DNA of 63,823 nucleotides, the filler included, from Lenisia limosa (taxonomy: Eukaryota; Protista; Breviatea): NCBI GenBank assembly GCA_001655205.1. It is 12 parts of 12 records of this genome, joined end to end, with 100 filler letters (N's around TTAATTAATTAA, not from the genome) between each part and the next. Parts side by side here need not be neighbours in the genome. Positions count along the whole stretch, not along the records: positions 47,472 to 58,473 come from LPNZ01011482.1; positions 58,574 to 62,623 come from LPNZ01003914.1; 10 more parts are not named here. One strand, given 5' to 3'. The notes under the pieces are model-generated. The model was not told the DNA's origin, did no database searches, and saw nothing but the letters and a program-made list of their open reading frames with translations. The position numbers were made by a program, and so were the translations under genes. Shown here piece after piece: positions 47,569 through 59,470 of this stretch (positions within the stretch are counted from its first letter, which is position 1; each line of letters opens with the position of its first letter).

Positions 47569-50500
47569 TCATACCTTTGGTGGGGCAACAGGTGATACAT
47601 TGACCTTGACAAGATTAGGCTCAACCTTCTCCACCTTCTTCACAACCTTCTTTGCAGCTTTCTTTTCGACCTAAAAGGGGTCAGTAATTCTCTTTGGAGC
47701 TTGAGAAACGATTTAAAGACTGTGACTGATAATACTCTTACTTCTGGTCCTATTATACATACATCTAACCATAAACTGGAGCTGTTTGAACAACTCTTGA
47801 AAACGATAATTACCAGGATTTAAGCTAATTCAAAAGTAGGTTCCCGAGATCAACACAGATCACACCTTTTTCGCAGCAACAATAGCGGCTTCATTGAAGG
47901 GCTCATGTAGGGGTGTCACGGATCCGCAGTCCTCGGGAATGCTGTCGAAAATCGCACTGGATGTATGAGAAAATAAAAAACAGAAAACAAAAGAAGGCAC
48001 CGAGACTCCCCACATATTTCTCTTTTTTTTTTTTTTTTTTTNNNNNNNNNNNNNNNNNNNNNNNNNNNNNNNNNNNNNNNNNNNNNNNNNNNNNNNNNNN
48101 NNNNNNNNNNNNNNNNNNNNNNNNNNNNNNNNNNNNNNNNNNNNNNNNNNNNNNNNNNNNNNNNNNNNAAACTACTCTGGTAAAACCGACCAAAAGCTGC
48201 CAAAAAGAGGCAACTTAAAAAGGAGGGGAGGGGGAGTAAAATGTGACAATTTATGAAACAAAAAAAAAATCTCAAATCGGCAAAAAGGTGGTTCCGGGAT
48301 ATGCTCCGAGGGTAGTGATACCAAACTATTTACAACAGCACTCAACCTTGCTGTAAGCCAGTAGGTGGAGCTATAAGTCTCAGAAACAACCCATGGTGAC
48401 ATCCAAGACGTTCGAAAAATGCCCTCCGCTGCTAGCAAAACGAGGCTCTACTAATTCATGGAAAAGGTCACCACAAAAGGGGATTATGAATAACGTCTGA
48501 CAGTTTTACGAGAGTGAATACCTCAGCAGGAACCATGACGAAAAATGGCCTTGTTTTGTAATTAACCAGAACCGGCTTGCACCCACTCAAAAATATTTTA
48601 CTANNNNNNNNNNNNNNNNNNNNNNNNNNNNNNNNNNNNNNNNNNNNNNNNNNNNNNNNNNNNNNNNNNNNNNNNNNNNNNNNNNNNNNNNNNNNNNNNN
48701 NNNNNNNNNNNNNNNNNNNNNATACAGCCTCCAGGAACTCCATGGTGGCTTCTGCTCTGGGTCAAAATGGCCGTCATAGATTTGGCATATTGCGACTGAG
48801 AATAGCGACAAGCATCCGGAAAAGCTCTAGCGATATGTGTTACTATTACGCGAATTCAAACAGCATTCTGCATACCCCCACTCCCCGCAGCTATATCAGC
48901 ATAGCGGCATACCTCTGAAATAGTCAGGCATATTCTTCACAAGCTCAGCGACGCTAGTTTCCTCCTTCAATCGCTTGGCTTCAGCCATCGACACACCGGT
49001 CCAAGGTAAACGCTGAGTATTAGGACTAGGAATTCTAGGATTTAACTAGCGCTTCACTTCGGTTCGAAAAATACGGGTGAAATATCGATAGATTTCGAGG
49101 ATTTATCGAGAAATTCAGCCATTTTCGAACCGAAGTGAAGCCCAAGATATAACATTAGAACCCGATTATGGTGGGGTATGCAATAGCGCACTATCCTTTC
49201 AGGAAATATTGTTTTCATTGAAATCCAGACGTGGGACTCCCATCAACCACATCTACGCTTACCCCCCCCCCACCTCCAGACAGAAGAACACAAAGCAATA
49301 GGCGAGGGAAATGAGGTCATCACGGCGTGAGAGCACTGAATCGTTGAGAGGCAAAATGGAATGAAAGAGATGATATTGAAAAGCACGAGCAAACCCACAC
49401 ACACACATCCAGAACCTTACTCCCCCTTCCCACTATCGGCAGTATGGACGTTGAGGGAGATGAAGGAGGGAGTGCCTTGCATCTTCTGCTTCTGGATCTT
49501 ATGCGCTCCGTTGATGGTCCTGGAATGTCAGAAAGAGTTCTGTGTAGCTGTTGGCAAATTACCCCTCCCACTTGAATCGGTCCACACAACCAAAGTCGAT
49601 AATGCGCAAATTGGAGACATCAGTAGAGCTGAAGCCGTTAAAATAGACCAAGCCACAACCATGTGGGCTCAAGAACAGCAAAGTATGCTTCCATACCGCC
49701 CTTTTGAAGACAATTGATGTGGACACAATCAAGGTTAAAGAAACTTCAAGATGGTTGAAAGAGAGAAAAAAGAACACCAAATTATTTAACTATCTATCGG
49801 CTATCCAAACCATTGTGTCCCAGTTAGAAAGATAAAAGGGATGACAAGTAAGAGGATATGCCAACTTATAAGTAAAGAGGAAGTTTGCGGGCTTGACGTC
49901 GGAATGAACGTGGTCGGTGCTGTGGATAAACTCAACAAGGCGAATCTGAGGGGGGGTGGTCAACATTTTGGTTGAAAAACATAATCATAATATTGAATAT
50001 TGGGGTTGGGCCATTTGTAGCTTAATTGTTTCAAAGTCGAAATGCATATTCTCCTGTTGTTGTTNNNNNNNNNNNNNNNNNNNNNNNNNNNNNNNNNNNN
50101 NNNNNNNNNNNNNNNNNNNNNNNNNNNNNNNNNNNNNNNNNNNNNNNNNNNNNNNNNNAAAGTTTCCAAATCTTTTCCAAGAAGCTCATTGATCTGAAAG
50201 ATCAGGTTTATTTGAGTGTTAAACAAAGCGAGGATTTGAAGATCCTAATAGAGAATACGTTGTAATGAAATAGCGCTTCACATAACCGTTTGTACCGAAA
50301 TTTGACTATTCTGAACTATGGAGATTTGACATCCCCCCAAGACCAAAACAACAACAACCCCCCACCAGGCAATAGAACTTTTGGGTCTGATCCGCACCTC
50401 TCTGGATGAATCGGGGGACAAATTGGTCTGCTAAGTAAAGGGGCGACAAATTGGTATGTTAAGTAAAGGGGCGACAAATTGGTCTGTTAAATAAAGAGGC

Positions 50501-51222
50501 GACAAATTGGTCTGTTAAAGGGGCGACAAATTGGTCTCTTAAAGGGGCGACAAATTGGTCTGTTAAGTAAAGGGGCGACAAATTGGTCTGTTAAAGGGCG
50601 ACAAATTGGTCTGTTAAAGGGGCGGGCTTTAAGGTAAGTGCATTACGGTTGGTCAGAAATATTTCAACAATAATCCAAAACTGAGACTATGCGCATAAAG
50701 AAACCTACAAATGAAAAATGTTGTCTCTAATCTTGAAAAAAATGACATTTATTGGTTTTTGTTTTCAAAAAAAAACAGGGGAGTGACAAAACAAAGCTAA
50801 AGAAAGGTAATGATAAACAACTGCTGTGAAGATTCGTTCGCCCCTGAGAAGATGACCGATGTGTCAGACCCCCACCGCCCACGTTGCTTGTCAAGACTGG
50901 CCAAAACAGTTCCGCGAGCACCATCGTTGAAAGTTTGTCCGTTCTGAGACGCGTGTTCCTGATATGTCAAAACCGTTGAGCAACAAAGGCAACTAACGCA
51001 TTTGATCACACATGGCACGCCACGAGAAGTAGTTCCTAAAATAAAGGTTAGTGGAAGGAGGAGAGAAAGGAAAGAAGGACTAGATCCCGACATACCCTTG
51101 TAAACGCGAGTAGCAGCGGAAGGGCAAGCAATCTCCTCTTCAACGTTGAATTTCATCTTCATAACCTCAAGTGGATTAGGAGGCTTCGGGATCTCGACCA
51201 TCTTGGCCTTAGAAGGTGCCAT
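47569..51222 (-). CDS. Divergent casein kinase 1-family kinase with a Lys-rich tail
   Basis: GVPCVIKC, ELLGKDLETL, EFIHSTDHVHSDVKPANFL, LRIIDFGC, GTPSFISLNVH, LSRRDDLISLAYCF, RLPWTG...TSVAELVKNMP: CK1/TTBK signature subdomains. The tail is KKAAKKVVKKVEKVEP. Confidence 0.85.
49047..49145. mobile_element. MITE family C
   Basis: TAGCGCTTCACTTCGGTTCGAAAA...TTTTCGAACCGAAGTGAAGCCCAA with TSD GATTTAAC/GATATAAC. Confidence 0.9.
50414..50624. repeat. Minisatellite, 8 units of 23-28 bp
   Basis: GGGGCGACAAATTGGTCTGTTAA(GTAA)A repeated head to tail in a kinase intron, with no unique spacers. Confidence 0.95.
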
Positions 51223-52109
51223 AACTGAAAAACAAAAAACAAAACCGGAGATAGAGCAATTCAACAAAGTATAATTACGTATAAGTACCTAACTAAACAA
51301 CAGAGAGAGTAACGAGGTCGAAATGGAAAAAAAAAAAATGATTTTCAACCACAACTTTTATAGTATACAATTTGTACCAGGACACTTATATGTTGATTGT
51401 GTCGCAAAAATCCCACCTCCCACCAAATGCTGTAAGATTGCAAGTATATTAGCCATCTTTGAATAACACATAAGAAATTGGCTTGATAAAGTTTTGATAA
51501 AGTTCCTTATCAATGGCCAAATACACGAAGGAGCCTCCGCGAAGTGAGTTTCTGCCCTTCTTTTGCCATATATTATGACAATGTACTTATTACACAGCGC
51601 GTATCGCAATTCGACACCTCCCCTTCGATTTAACTCAGGAAGTCTTTGATGAGGTATGATCGAGAGGGTGTCCTCATAAGATTGTCGTTTCAAGGGCAGG
51701 CATGTTATATAAGAATTATTTAATAATGGGATGCTTTGTGTCGAGGAATACCAGTGCTTTGTAAATTCAACGGCTTTGCCCACTCATTATAAGTGCCAAC
51801 AAAATTCTATTTTCAGAGCATTGTTCAACTTCCAAGTACGCAGATACCAACCTTGTAGACGCTTTCGGCCCTTAAAGTCGGCCATTCGTCCTATCATTTC
51901 GCGCAGGGCAAGCTGAAGTGGGCTCGGGGCTGAATATTCAGAAATATCACCAGGGCTACACTTTGGTCATGAAAGGACATCCATAAATATTGAAAATATT
52001 GTGGTGCCTTGTATTTTTTGGAGTTGTGCTCCCCTATATGTATTTTTTTGGTTCTGTACCATATGATATGGGAAGTACCCAAATAATAACGTACCGTACT
52101 GATATGTAG

Positions 52110-55100
52110 TATTGCCCAAAAGTATTGGAGCTGCTTGATATAAAGCCAAAGAATCAGAACTATTGTGAAGATATTCTGCCCCATGTACGAATTTAGTCAC
52201 CCTTCAGGGGGCACAGTCAGGTGAACTCTCTGGCAGTGGTGCGGTATCCCAACGAAAATGACGCCATTGTCGCCGCCGCGCTTTTGGCCAACTCCTCGTT
52301 TGCTACAGCCAAAGGTGGGCCTCTCTTTCTTCTTCACGGTCTTGCTTTATTGCATGGATAAGAAGACAACATGAAATATCATATGCTTATTTACCATACA
52401 AACTAGTTTTTGTGTTGCACTCAAATGCGCCCGATTTCTCTTTATATATGTGCACAGAGTTGTAAGGCAAATGATTGGGTGAATTAATATTATNNNNNNN
52501 NNNTTTGTGTCAATTTCTGACACTATAGTACCAAAACCAGCCGTCCTCGTGGAGTTTGCCTTTCACCAGTACTCTGAGAAGTCCGCAAAGAAAGACGCTC
52601 GCGCAACCAACATGGAGGATGGTGGGGGGGGGGGGTTGANNNNNNNNNNNNNNNNNNNNNNNNNNNNNNNNNNNNNNNNNNNNNNNNNNNNNNNNNNNNN
52701 NNNNNNNNNNNNNNNNNNNNNNNNNNNNNNNNNNNNNNNNNNNNNNNNNNNNNNNNNNNNNNNNNNNNNATACTATATTGTATTCTGGACATCTTGCAAT
52801 AACACCCACAGACCCTCGATTCAAGGCTTTCTGTGAAAAGTACGAAGCGGGTGAGCCAACAGCACCCGATACCCAACTCAACATCCAGCAGGCCAAGACT
52901 TTCGAAGGAAAGGTGGGGGAGAGGGGAGTGCTTTTATTGAATTATATAAGGCATATTCCTGGAGTGATGGGATGCGGTACTACAGAAGCGACTGCCCAGG
53001 CTTTGTTTGTTTTGTTGTCATCAACTCGTGTGTTGTCAATTTTCCAAAAATTACTCGCATACTCGCATACTGACCCCTAAGACCGGTAATGTCACTGCTC
53101 TGATCGCAGCCGTACTCTCCAATGAAAACAAGAAGAAGGTGCGGGGTGGGGGGTCATGAGTTGTATTGACTGTCTCGATTCGTTGATTCGTTGATTCTGA
53201 CCTCTTTAGAAGCTGAAGGAGAAGAAGAAGAAGAAAGCAAAGGCCTTCAAGAAGAGAGAAGCCGCGGCCAAAAACGTCCCTCCCAGTGACGGCAAAAAGA
53301 AGCCCAGCAGAAAACCCACTACCAAGGTATGGTGGTATATTGTGCTGGGTGGAGGGCATATGGTATTTGTAGTGAAAGAGTTTGGGCTTCCCCTCGTTCC
53401 AAAAAAGACTGAATTTCTCGTAAATCCGATAATTATCGATATTTTATGGTGTTTTTCGGATTGTAAGGAAGCTTTATAATGCTAAAATAACAGAGTTTAT
53501 TCCTGTTTTTTTTATAAATAATCCATATTCACCCCTCCCCAGGAACCCGAAACCCCCCGGGAGCTGACAAGTGCCGAGCTCTGGGCGATGGGCGGTACCC
53601 CCCAGGAAATCCAGAAGGCCAAGCAACACAATGCGTCTCTTACACAAAATCGCGCAACACCTGATAAGACCAGGCCAAAGCCCAAAACGTCACCACAGGC
53701 AAAACCGCCACAAACGGAACCGAAGGTTCTGGTGCGCCCCCCAGGTTTNNNNNNNNNNNNNNNNNNNNNNNNNNNNNNNNNNNNNNNNNNNNNNNNNNNN
53801 NNNNNNNNNNNNNNNNNNNNNNNNNNNNNNNNNNNNNNNNTAACACGTCTTTCTTTTCCAAGCCCTCGAGCTTTACGCCGAATTCAGCCGCCGCTGCCCC
53901 CAGCCCACAGTACTCACCCCAGGTATGCTGCCTGCTGGGGCTTCCCGTCGTACGAATAATAAAATGGGCTTTGAATTTATGGACATTAAAACTGTATTAG
54001 TCAAGACAGAGCACATAATGTCATATAGTGTATATGTATGATAAGCAGGTATGATCCTTGTGTTGTAATTATCCGCTATTATCAATATAAATATCCATAA
54101 ATATCTCTGACCATTCTTTAGGACTCAAAAACATCGAAAGCAGTGGGGACGCCGTACCACAGAGCCCCGGAGGTGGGGGGGGGGGNNNNNNNNNNNNNNN
54201 NNNNNNNNNNNNNNNNNNNNNNNNNNNNNNNNNNNNNNNNNNNNNNNNNNNNNNNNNNNNNNNNNNNNNNNNNNNNNNNNNNNNNNNNNNNNNNNNNNNN
54301 NNNNNNNNNNNNNNNNNNNNNNNNNNNNNNNNNNNNNNNNNNNNNNNNNNNNNNNNNNNNNNNNNNNNNNNNNNNNNNNNNNNNNNNNNNNNNNNNNNNN
54401 NNNNNNNNNNNNNNNNNNNNNNNNNNNNNNNNNNNNNNNNNNNCCGATCCGAGCCGAAGGTATATCAGCAGCAGCCCTACGCGCAACCCGACCAATATTC
54501 GGCATCGCCTGTCGGGTCCCCGTTTATGTCACAACCATCACAACCGCGGCAGTATCAGCAGAAACCAGCAGGACGCTACACCAAGTCCCAGCAGTACCCC
54601 CAGCAACCTTATGCTCAGCCAAGTCCAAACAACGCTTTTGCCAACACCCAGTACTCCGCCCCTCCCCCACAGTTCTCCCCTGGTGGGTGGATTTCTTGCT
54701 TTTTGACACTCATTTGTACTTTTCCAAAGTACTACCCCGCCCAATTCACAAATAAGCAAATCGCTTAGGGCTTCACTTCGGTTCGAAAGAAGACTGAAAT
54801 TTTCGATAAATCCTCGATAACTTTCGATAATTTACCCGGTCTTTTTCTTCCCAAAGTGAAGCCCAACATATTATTGATAATTAAAGATGCTCTGCCCTCA
54901 CCCCCCCAGGTTACACACCCCAAACCAGTCAGCCCCCACAAAACCCCCAAATGGAGATGGTTTGTCAAGGCCTGTATTTTATGGCGGTACAGCTTTATTG
55001 TCTTGTTTATTACGACTTTAGGCCGCATCAGCACCGCATTCTGAANNNNNNNNNNNNNNNNNNNNNNNNNNNNNNNNNNNNNNNNNNNNNNNNNNNNNNN

Positions 55101-55290
55101 NNNNNNNNNNNNNNNNNNNNNNNNNNNNNNNNNNNNNNNNNNTAGATTTTCCAAAATTTTCCAATAAAGGGCTTTTTTGCTTCAGAAATTTTCCAATTAC
55201 ATATCATATTATTATAAACAAGATAACCAGCCCAGGACGCGGCGGTCGCGGCCGGGGCGAAGGCAGGCGTTATCGCGGCCGCGGTGGCGG
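52110..55290 (+). CDS. UPF3: UPF3-like NMD factor (RRM-like domain, basic/Pro-Gln-rich tail, RGG end)
   Basis: SLAVVRYPNENDAIVAA..., PAVLVEFAFHQYSEKSAKKDARATNMED|DPRFKAFCEKY and TALIAAVL..KKK match the Smg4/UPF3 domain (AIVEFAPFQK...KKD...TIEDDPEY..FLE.Y). The start was not located. Confidence 0.7.
53382..53476. mobile_element. MITE family C2, decayed
   Basis: TTGGGCTTCCCCTCGTTCC...CGGATTGTAAGGAAGC, with the shared internal core. Confidence 0.7.
54766..54866. mobile_element. MITE family C
   Basis: TAGGGCTTCACTTCGGTTCG...AAAGTGAAGCCCAA. Confidence 0.82.
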
Positions 55291-55687
55291 GTCTCTTTTG
55301 AGTTGAAAGGTGGGGTGAAAGATCTTGAGAACCATCCTAATGACACTAATTATGGTGAGAATGAGATGAGGACCATGAAATGAGGACCATAACCTAATCT
55401 AGATGAGCATACTGAGTTGAGTTATGATGCAACCTTCCTTATGGGGACATTCCCCTTTTGGTGATTCCAACTTTCCTCTTTTAGTAACTTTTTTATTGTG
55501 TTGTGGGTGAATGTATTTCCTTTGGTTTAAACACCATGAGAACACTCCACTCCACGTTTGTACCACCCGCTCCCAGTTACATTACCACATGATTAGGAAG
55601 GGCCCTTCACCCCAGCCAAAGACACCATATTCAATAATATCAGTAAGAACTTGGAAACATTTACCATAACCTGGGGTATCGAAGGCG

Positions 55688-58335
55688 TCAGATATCGGAG
55701 ATTGTGAAATACAAGCACAGCACACCGAAGACAAAACCCCCGAAGACTGCTACCATGGACCTGGGGGAGGTAAGATTGGGTTAGATTGTTATGGATGTTC
55801 ACTACAGAGATTAAGAGGATGGTTGACAAACTAGAAAAGACTCCTCTCTTCTCCTTGAAGAAATTGTGAATTGTAGTGTTGTCCCAAGTCTGCTTGAAAT
55901 ACATGAGGTTGTGCACCCCCTACATTCGGGACTCAAAGCTTTCTTTGTTGTGCTTCTTGCAAAGGTAGTAGTATGCTCTGAAAGATGAGAAGACTATGGG
56001 TACCAATATGAATGCTCAATTCTTCACCCCACCTCCCCTCTCACAAGCAAGGGAATATTACGCTCAACGAAGGACCGCCTATTGACCCTGCAATTCCAAA
56101 AACAATGGAAACATCTGTGTGGTTACTAAGCTCAGCATTAGGGAAAATCTTGAATCAGTGGGATCAATTGATTGGGTGAAGTACTTCTCCAGTAGCCAGT
56201 AAATTGTAATCAAAAATCATTAATGTTCAACATTTGGATAGATTACAAGCCCTTTACTTCCTTGAGTACTTGAGGATCATAATATATGATATCAAGATAT
56301 GATATAATGAGTATGAGTGGTATATGATATGATATACTACTACAGTATATCATATGAGGTATCTAAAACCCACGAGTTTATCCAAAATGACCAACCATCC
56401 ACTGTGAAAGCGATTAAAAGGGGCAAGATGAAGTTGCATACTGCGATGATCATGGAGTGTTTATATGGCACCTCTTTGCCTGAAAGGTGAGATTCTAATT
56501 CAACAAGTCACAAATAATATTCAGTCCCTCCAACCAGGAAAAAGTAAATCCTCGATACCCACGCGCAGCGCAAACGCCAAAAGTGGAGTGCTACGTTGTG
56601 ATCAGCCTCAACCAAGAGTGTGGAAAGAATGTCAATTTGATCTGGTTAAAAATGGGTGAACTGGCTGTTATTATTCTGCTGAATTATCAAGGATTTATCA
56701 AGCAGTCACTTTAGTAAAAATAAGGATATCAAGACTCGTATTGCTATGGGGCACTAATAACATAGTATGGCGCCAAATGGGAGCAAAGCGACCACTTTGG
56801 GACACGATTTATCGGTATGTAATTTTTGGTGTTGTGCATGCGCCCACTCTATATTATTGGCACTGGGCGATGCGATTGATACGCCACGCTTACACAAAGA
56901 TGATGATGAAAAGGAACAGCACCTGCGCCACCGAAAAAATGACCGGGAACGCTAATTCAGACTACAGCATGAGACATGACAAGAATGTGAGTTGAGATTC
57001 AATCATTTGAGGTAACGGCAAAGGTTGGGTCTCAGTTATTATCAAATCTACGAATTATAATCATTTAAAGCAGGGATTCCGTGTCAGAAATTATAACCCA
57101 CCCATTCCATGTTCCAAAATGATGATTCTCCACCAACCTCGTTATCAGCATAGACGTTAAGGATGTTACCAGTATCAATACGCGATCCCCATCGGAGGTA
57201 CCCGCCAACGCCCGACACAATGTACTGAATAGTGATGGGGAAGGTTGTCATGTCTTTCGTTCATCCTGAGTATTGTTTTAATAAACCCAGCTAAAACCAA
57301 AGCTTTCAAAGTATTCAATATCAGGTCGGCATAAGTAACTTTTAGTTACCCTCTTACGAATAGGAAGCACATCGAAAAGCCAAAAATGATCACAGTCATC
57401 ATTTTTCCTTTTTTGAGCCTCAGTGCTATCACATTATCCTAATCAGTAATCTTCAAGAAATGCAGAAAACAATACCGTGTATAATGCCAAATGTGCATTG
57501 TTAAGACTTTCCTTCATAGCCCCATCATTATCTCATAGTTATTACATTTCTCTGTCATATAATGAACTTAAGTCCATCTCCTCACAGATTCAATTTTCTT
57601 GTCCTCCAATTTAACATCAGAAATATCACAGCTCTTCTCTTTTTTCTCTTCATCGGTACTCGTCACATTCTTTTCTTCCATCTCCAACTTATCTTTCTTG
57701 CTGACTTTCCTTGCCTTATCTCCCCTTTTTTCATTCTCTTCAACTTGTGTCTTTTCCTCCTTTTCCTCGGGCTTTTTTGGCTTCAACTGGGGGGTCCTGG
57801 ATTTGTTTTGAACTTTACCTACAATGTCAACCAATTCTCCAAGACAGAAATGCATGCAGTGACCGTAGTAGGGAACATTTCATCAGTAGTACCTGGTACG
57901 ATAATATATTTTACAATTCAATAATAACAACTTTTACGTTCACCAAAAAGCAGTAATAAAGACATTATAATAATACAGGGTGTGATAAAATATAATCATA
58001 TCTAAATCCCCCCCACCCCAAGTCGTCCACGCCATTATAATAAGTGACGTAACTCATGATATAAGTGACGTAACTCATGATATATCGTGGATATTCATGT
58101 AATATGTTAATAACCTTAGTTTATGACTATTATGATATCTGTAAGACACATTCTGATTCATAATTCCCTTTTCATTGTGTTTTGAATGGTTATCAACAGT
58201 CAATGGAGCCCCTGCGACCTTTCAACTCTTGGAAGATGGGCAGAATCAAAGGGTGGCACTGGAATCCGAAGAGCGTGATTGGAATCGACCTAAAGATCTG
58301 CCACGATGGTTTCGCCATTTCTATGGAGTCTGATG
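55688..58335 (-). CDS. AAAP/SLC38-family amino-acid transporter (3' part)
   Basis: FRSIPITLFGFQCHPLILPIFQELK, KMMTVIIFGFSMCFLF|YIVSGVGGYLRWG..TGNILNVY, TPLLAFALRVGIEDLLFP, DVSIVFGIAGSIGGPSLSVIFP, and C-terminal TM AVFGGFVFGVLCLY...DI*. Confidence 0.85.
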
Positions 58336-58653
58336 TGCCACTCGTGAGAGCCTGTGGCGAAGAATAATTTAAAGAATCCTGGGGTGTATTGTATAATGGC
58401 CTCACTATAGTTATTCAAAATGATGATTTCCCAAATACTAAGAAGTGTGTGAGTGGAGATGGGGGGGGGGGGGNNNNNNNNNNNNNNNNNNNNNNNNNNN
58501 NNNNNNNNNNNNNNNNNTTAATTAATTAANNNNNNNNNNNNNNNNNNNNNNNNNNNNNNNNNNNNNNNNNNNNAATATTCATCATCGAAATTTCCTTCGT
58601 TTTACTGTGCTGCAGAAGTAATATAAATTTTCCAATTTTACTCCCTCCCCTAG

Positions 58654-59163
58654 TCTGGCGCAAGCATAGCTGTCCCCATAGTCGCTTCAAGTAACAACGC
58701 CATCGCCCACAGGTATTGTCTCCCACCCCCAGCAATATTGTTTTCCCCATTAATAGTACTGCCCGGGATGCGGTACTGCTGGCATGGGCTTTGTTTTGTT
58801 GTTATCAACCCTCGTGTTTTGTCAGCCAACAGTGTTGATTTTGGGCTTTTTTTTTGTTTCAAAAATTGTCAAGATTTTACTCCTCACCCTCCATCATTCT
58901 CAAGATGCAACCATAGCCCCCACATACAAAACCCTCTCCCATCAATATTGAGTTGATTTTGGGCTTTTGTTTTTTTTCAAAAATTTTCCCATTTGACTTC
59001 TTCCAACCAATATGACTCTTCAGTGCTGTAATGCACTTCCGCACAATTGCTGAAGATCCCTGGATCTCTGACGTCGATCATGCTGTTGCTACCCAGGTCA
59101 TGCTTTATGGAGAGAACTCACACCTGTCTCATCTGACAGGCCCCCAGGGGCACCTTGGTCTAA
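58654..59163 (+). CDS. 3' exons of an unknown gene
   Basis: SGASIAVPIVASSNNAIAH|AVMHFRTIAEDPWISDVDHAVATQ|APRGTLV*. Confidence 0.4.
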
Positions 59164-59360
59164 ACGTGTTTGTCAGATAGATCGTTGCGATTGAGGAATT
59201 TTGTTGAAAGTAACGGAAGAAAGTATTACAGTGCTTCTATTTATACCCTGAGCAGTTTATGATCAACTTTGGGTTGATGAAGGGACTGTTTTGTTGGCAT
59301 GATTCTTGTACAATTATTTGTGTGAAGGGGCATGCCAATGAAGGGATGAAGAGTTATGAT

Positions 59361-59470
59361 TATAAGGCTTCCCTACGGCCCCAAAAATGACCGAATTTCT
59401 CGATATATCCCAAATCAATCCTCGATAAACATCAATATTTTAACGGTTTTTCTCGGACTGTAGAAACCCT
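59361..59470. mobile_element. MITE family C2
   Basis: TAAGGCTTCCCTACGGCCCC...CGGACTGTAGAAACCCTC with flanks GTTATGAT/GTTATGAA. Confidence 0.75.

Noticed and set aside
50414-50624. CRISPR array
   Set aside because: The units are contiguous with no unique spacers, there are no cas genes, and the context is a eukaryotic intron; it is a minisatellite.
51358-51990. Possible additional gene between the kinase and UPF3
   Set aside because: Plausible short frames exist on both strands (e.g. minus SPLQLALREMIGRMADFKGRKRLQ), but no consistent spliced model or family could be supported.
1759-58862. ORF-track entries containing X runs and most 60-130-aa ORFs
   Set aside because: They span N gaps, repeats or introns, or are antisense shadows of real exons.
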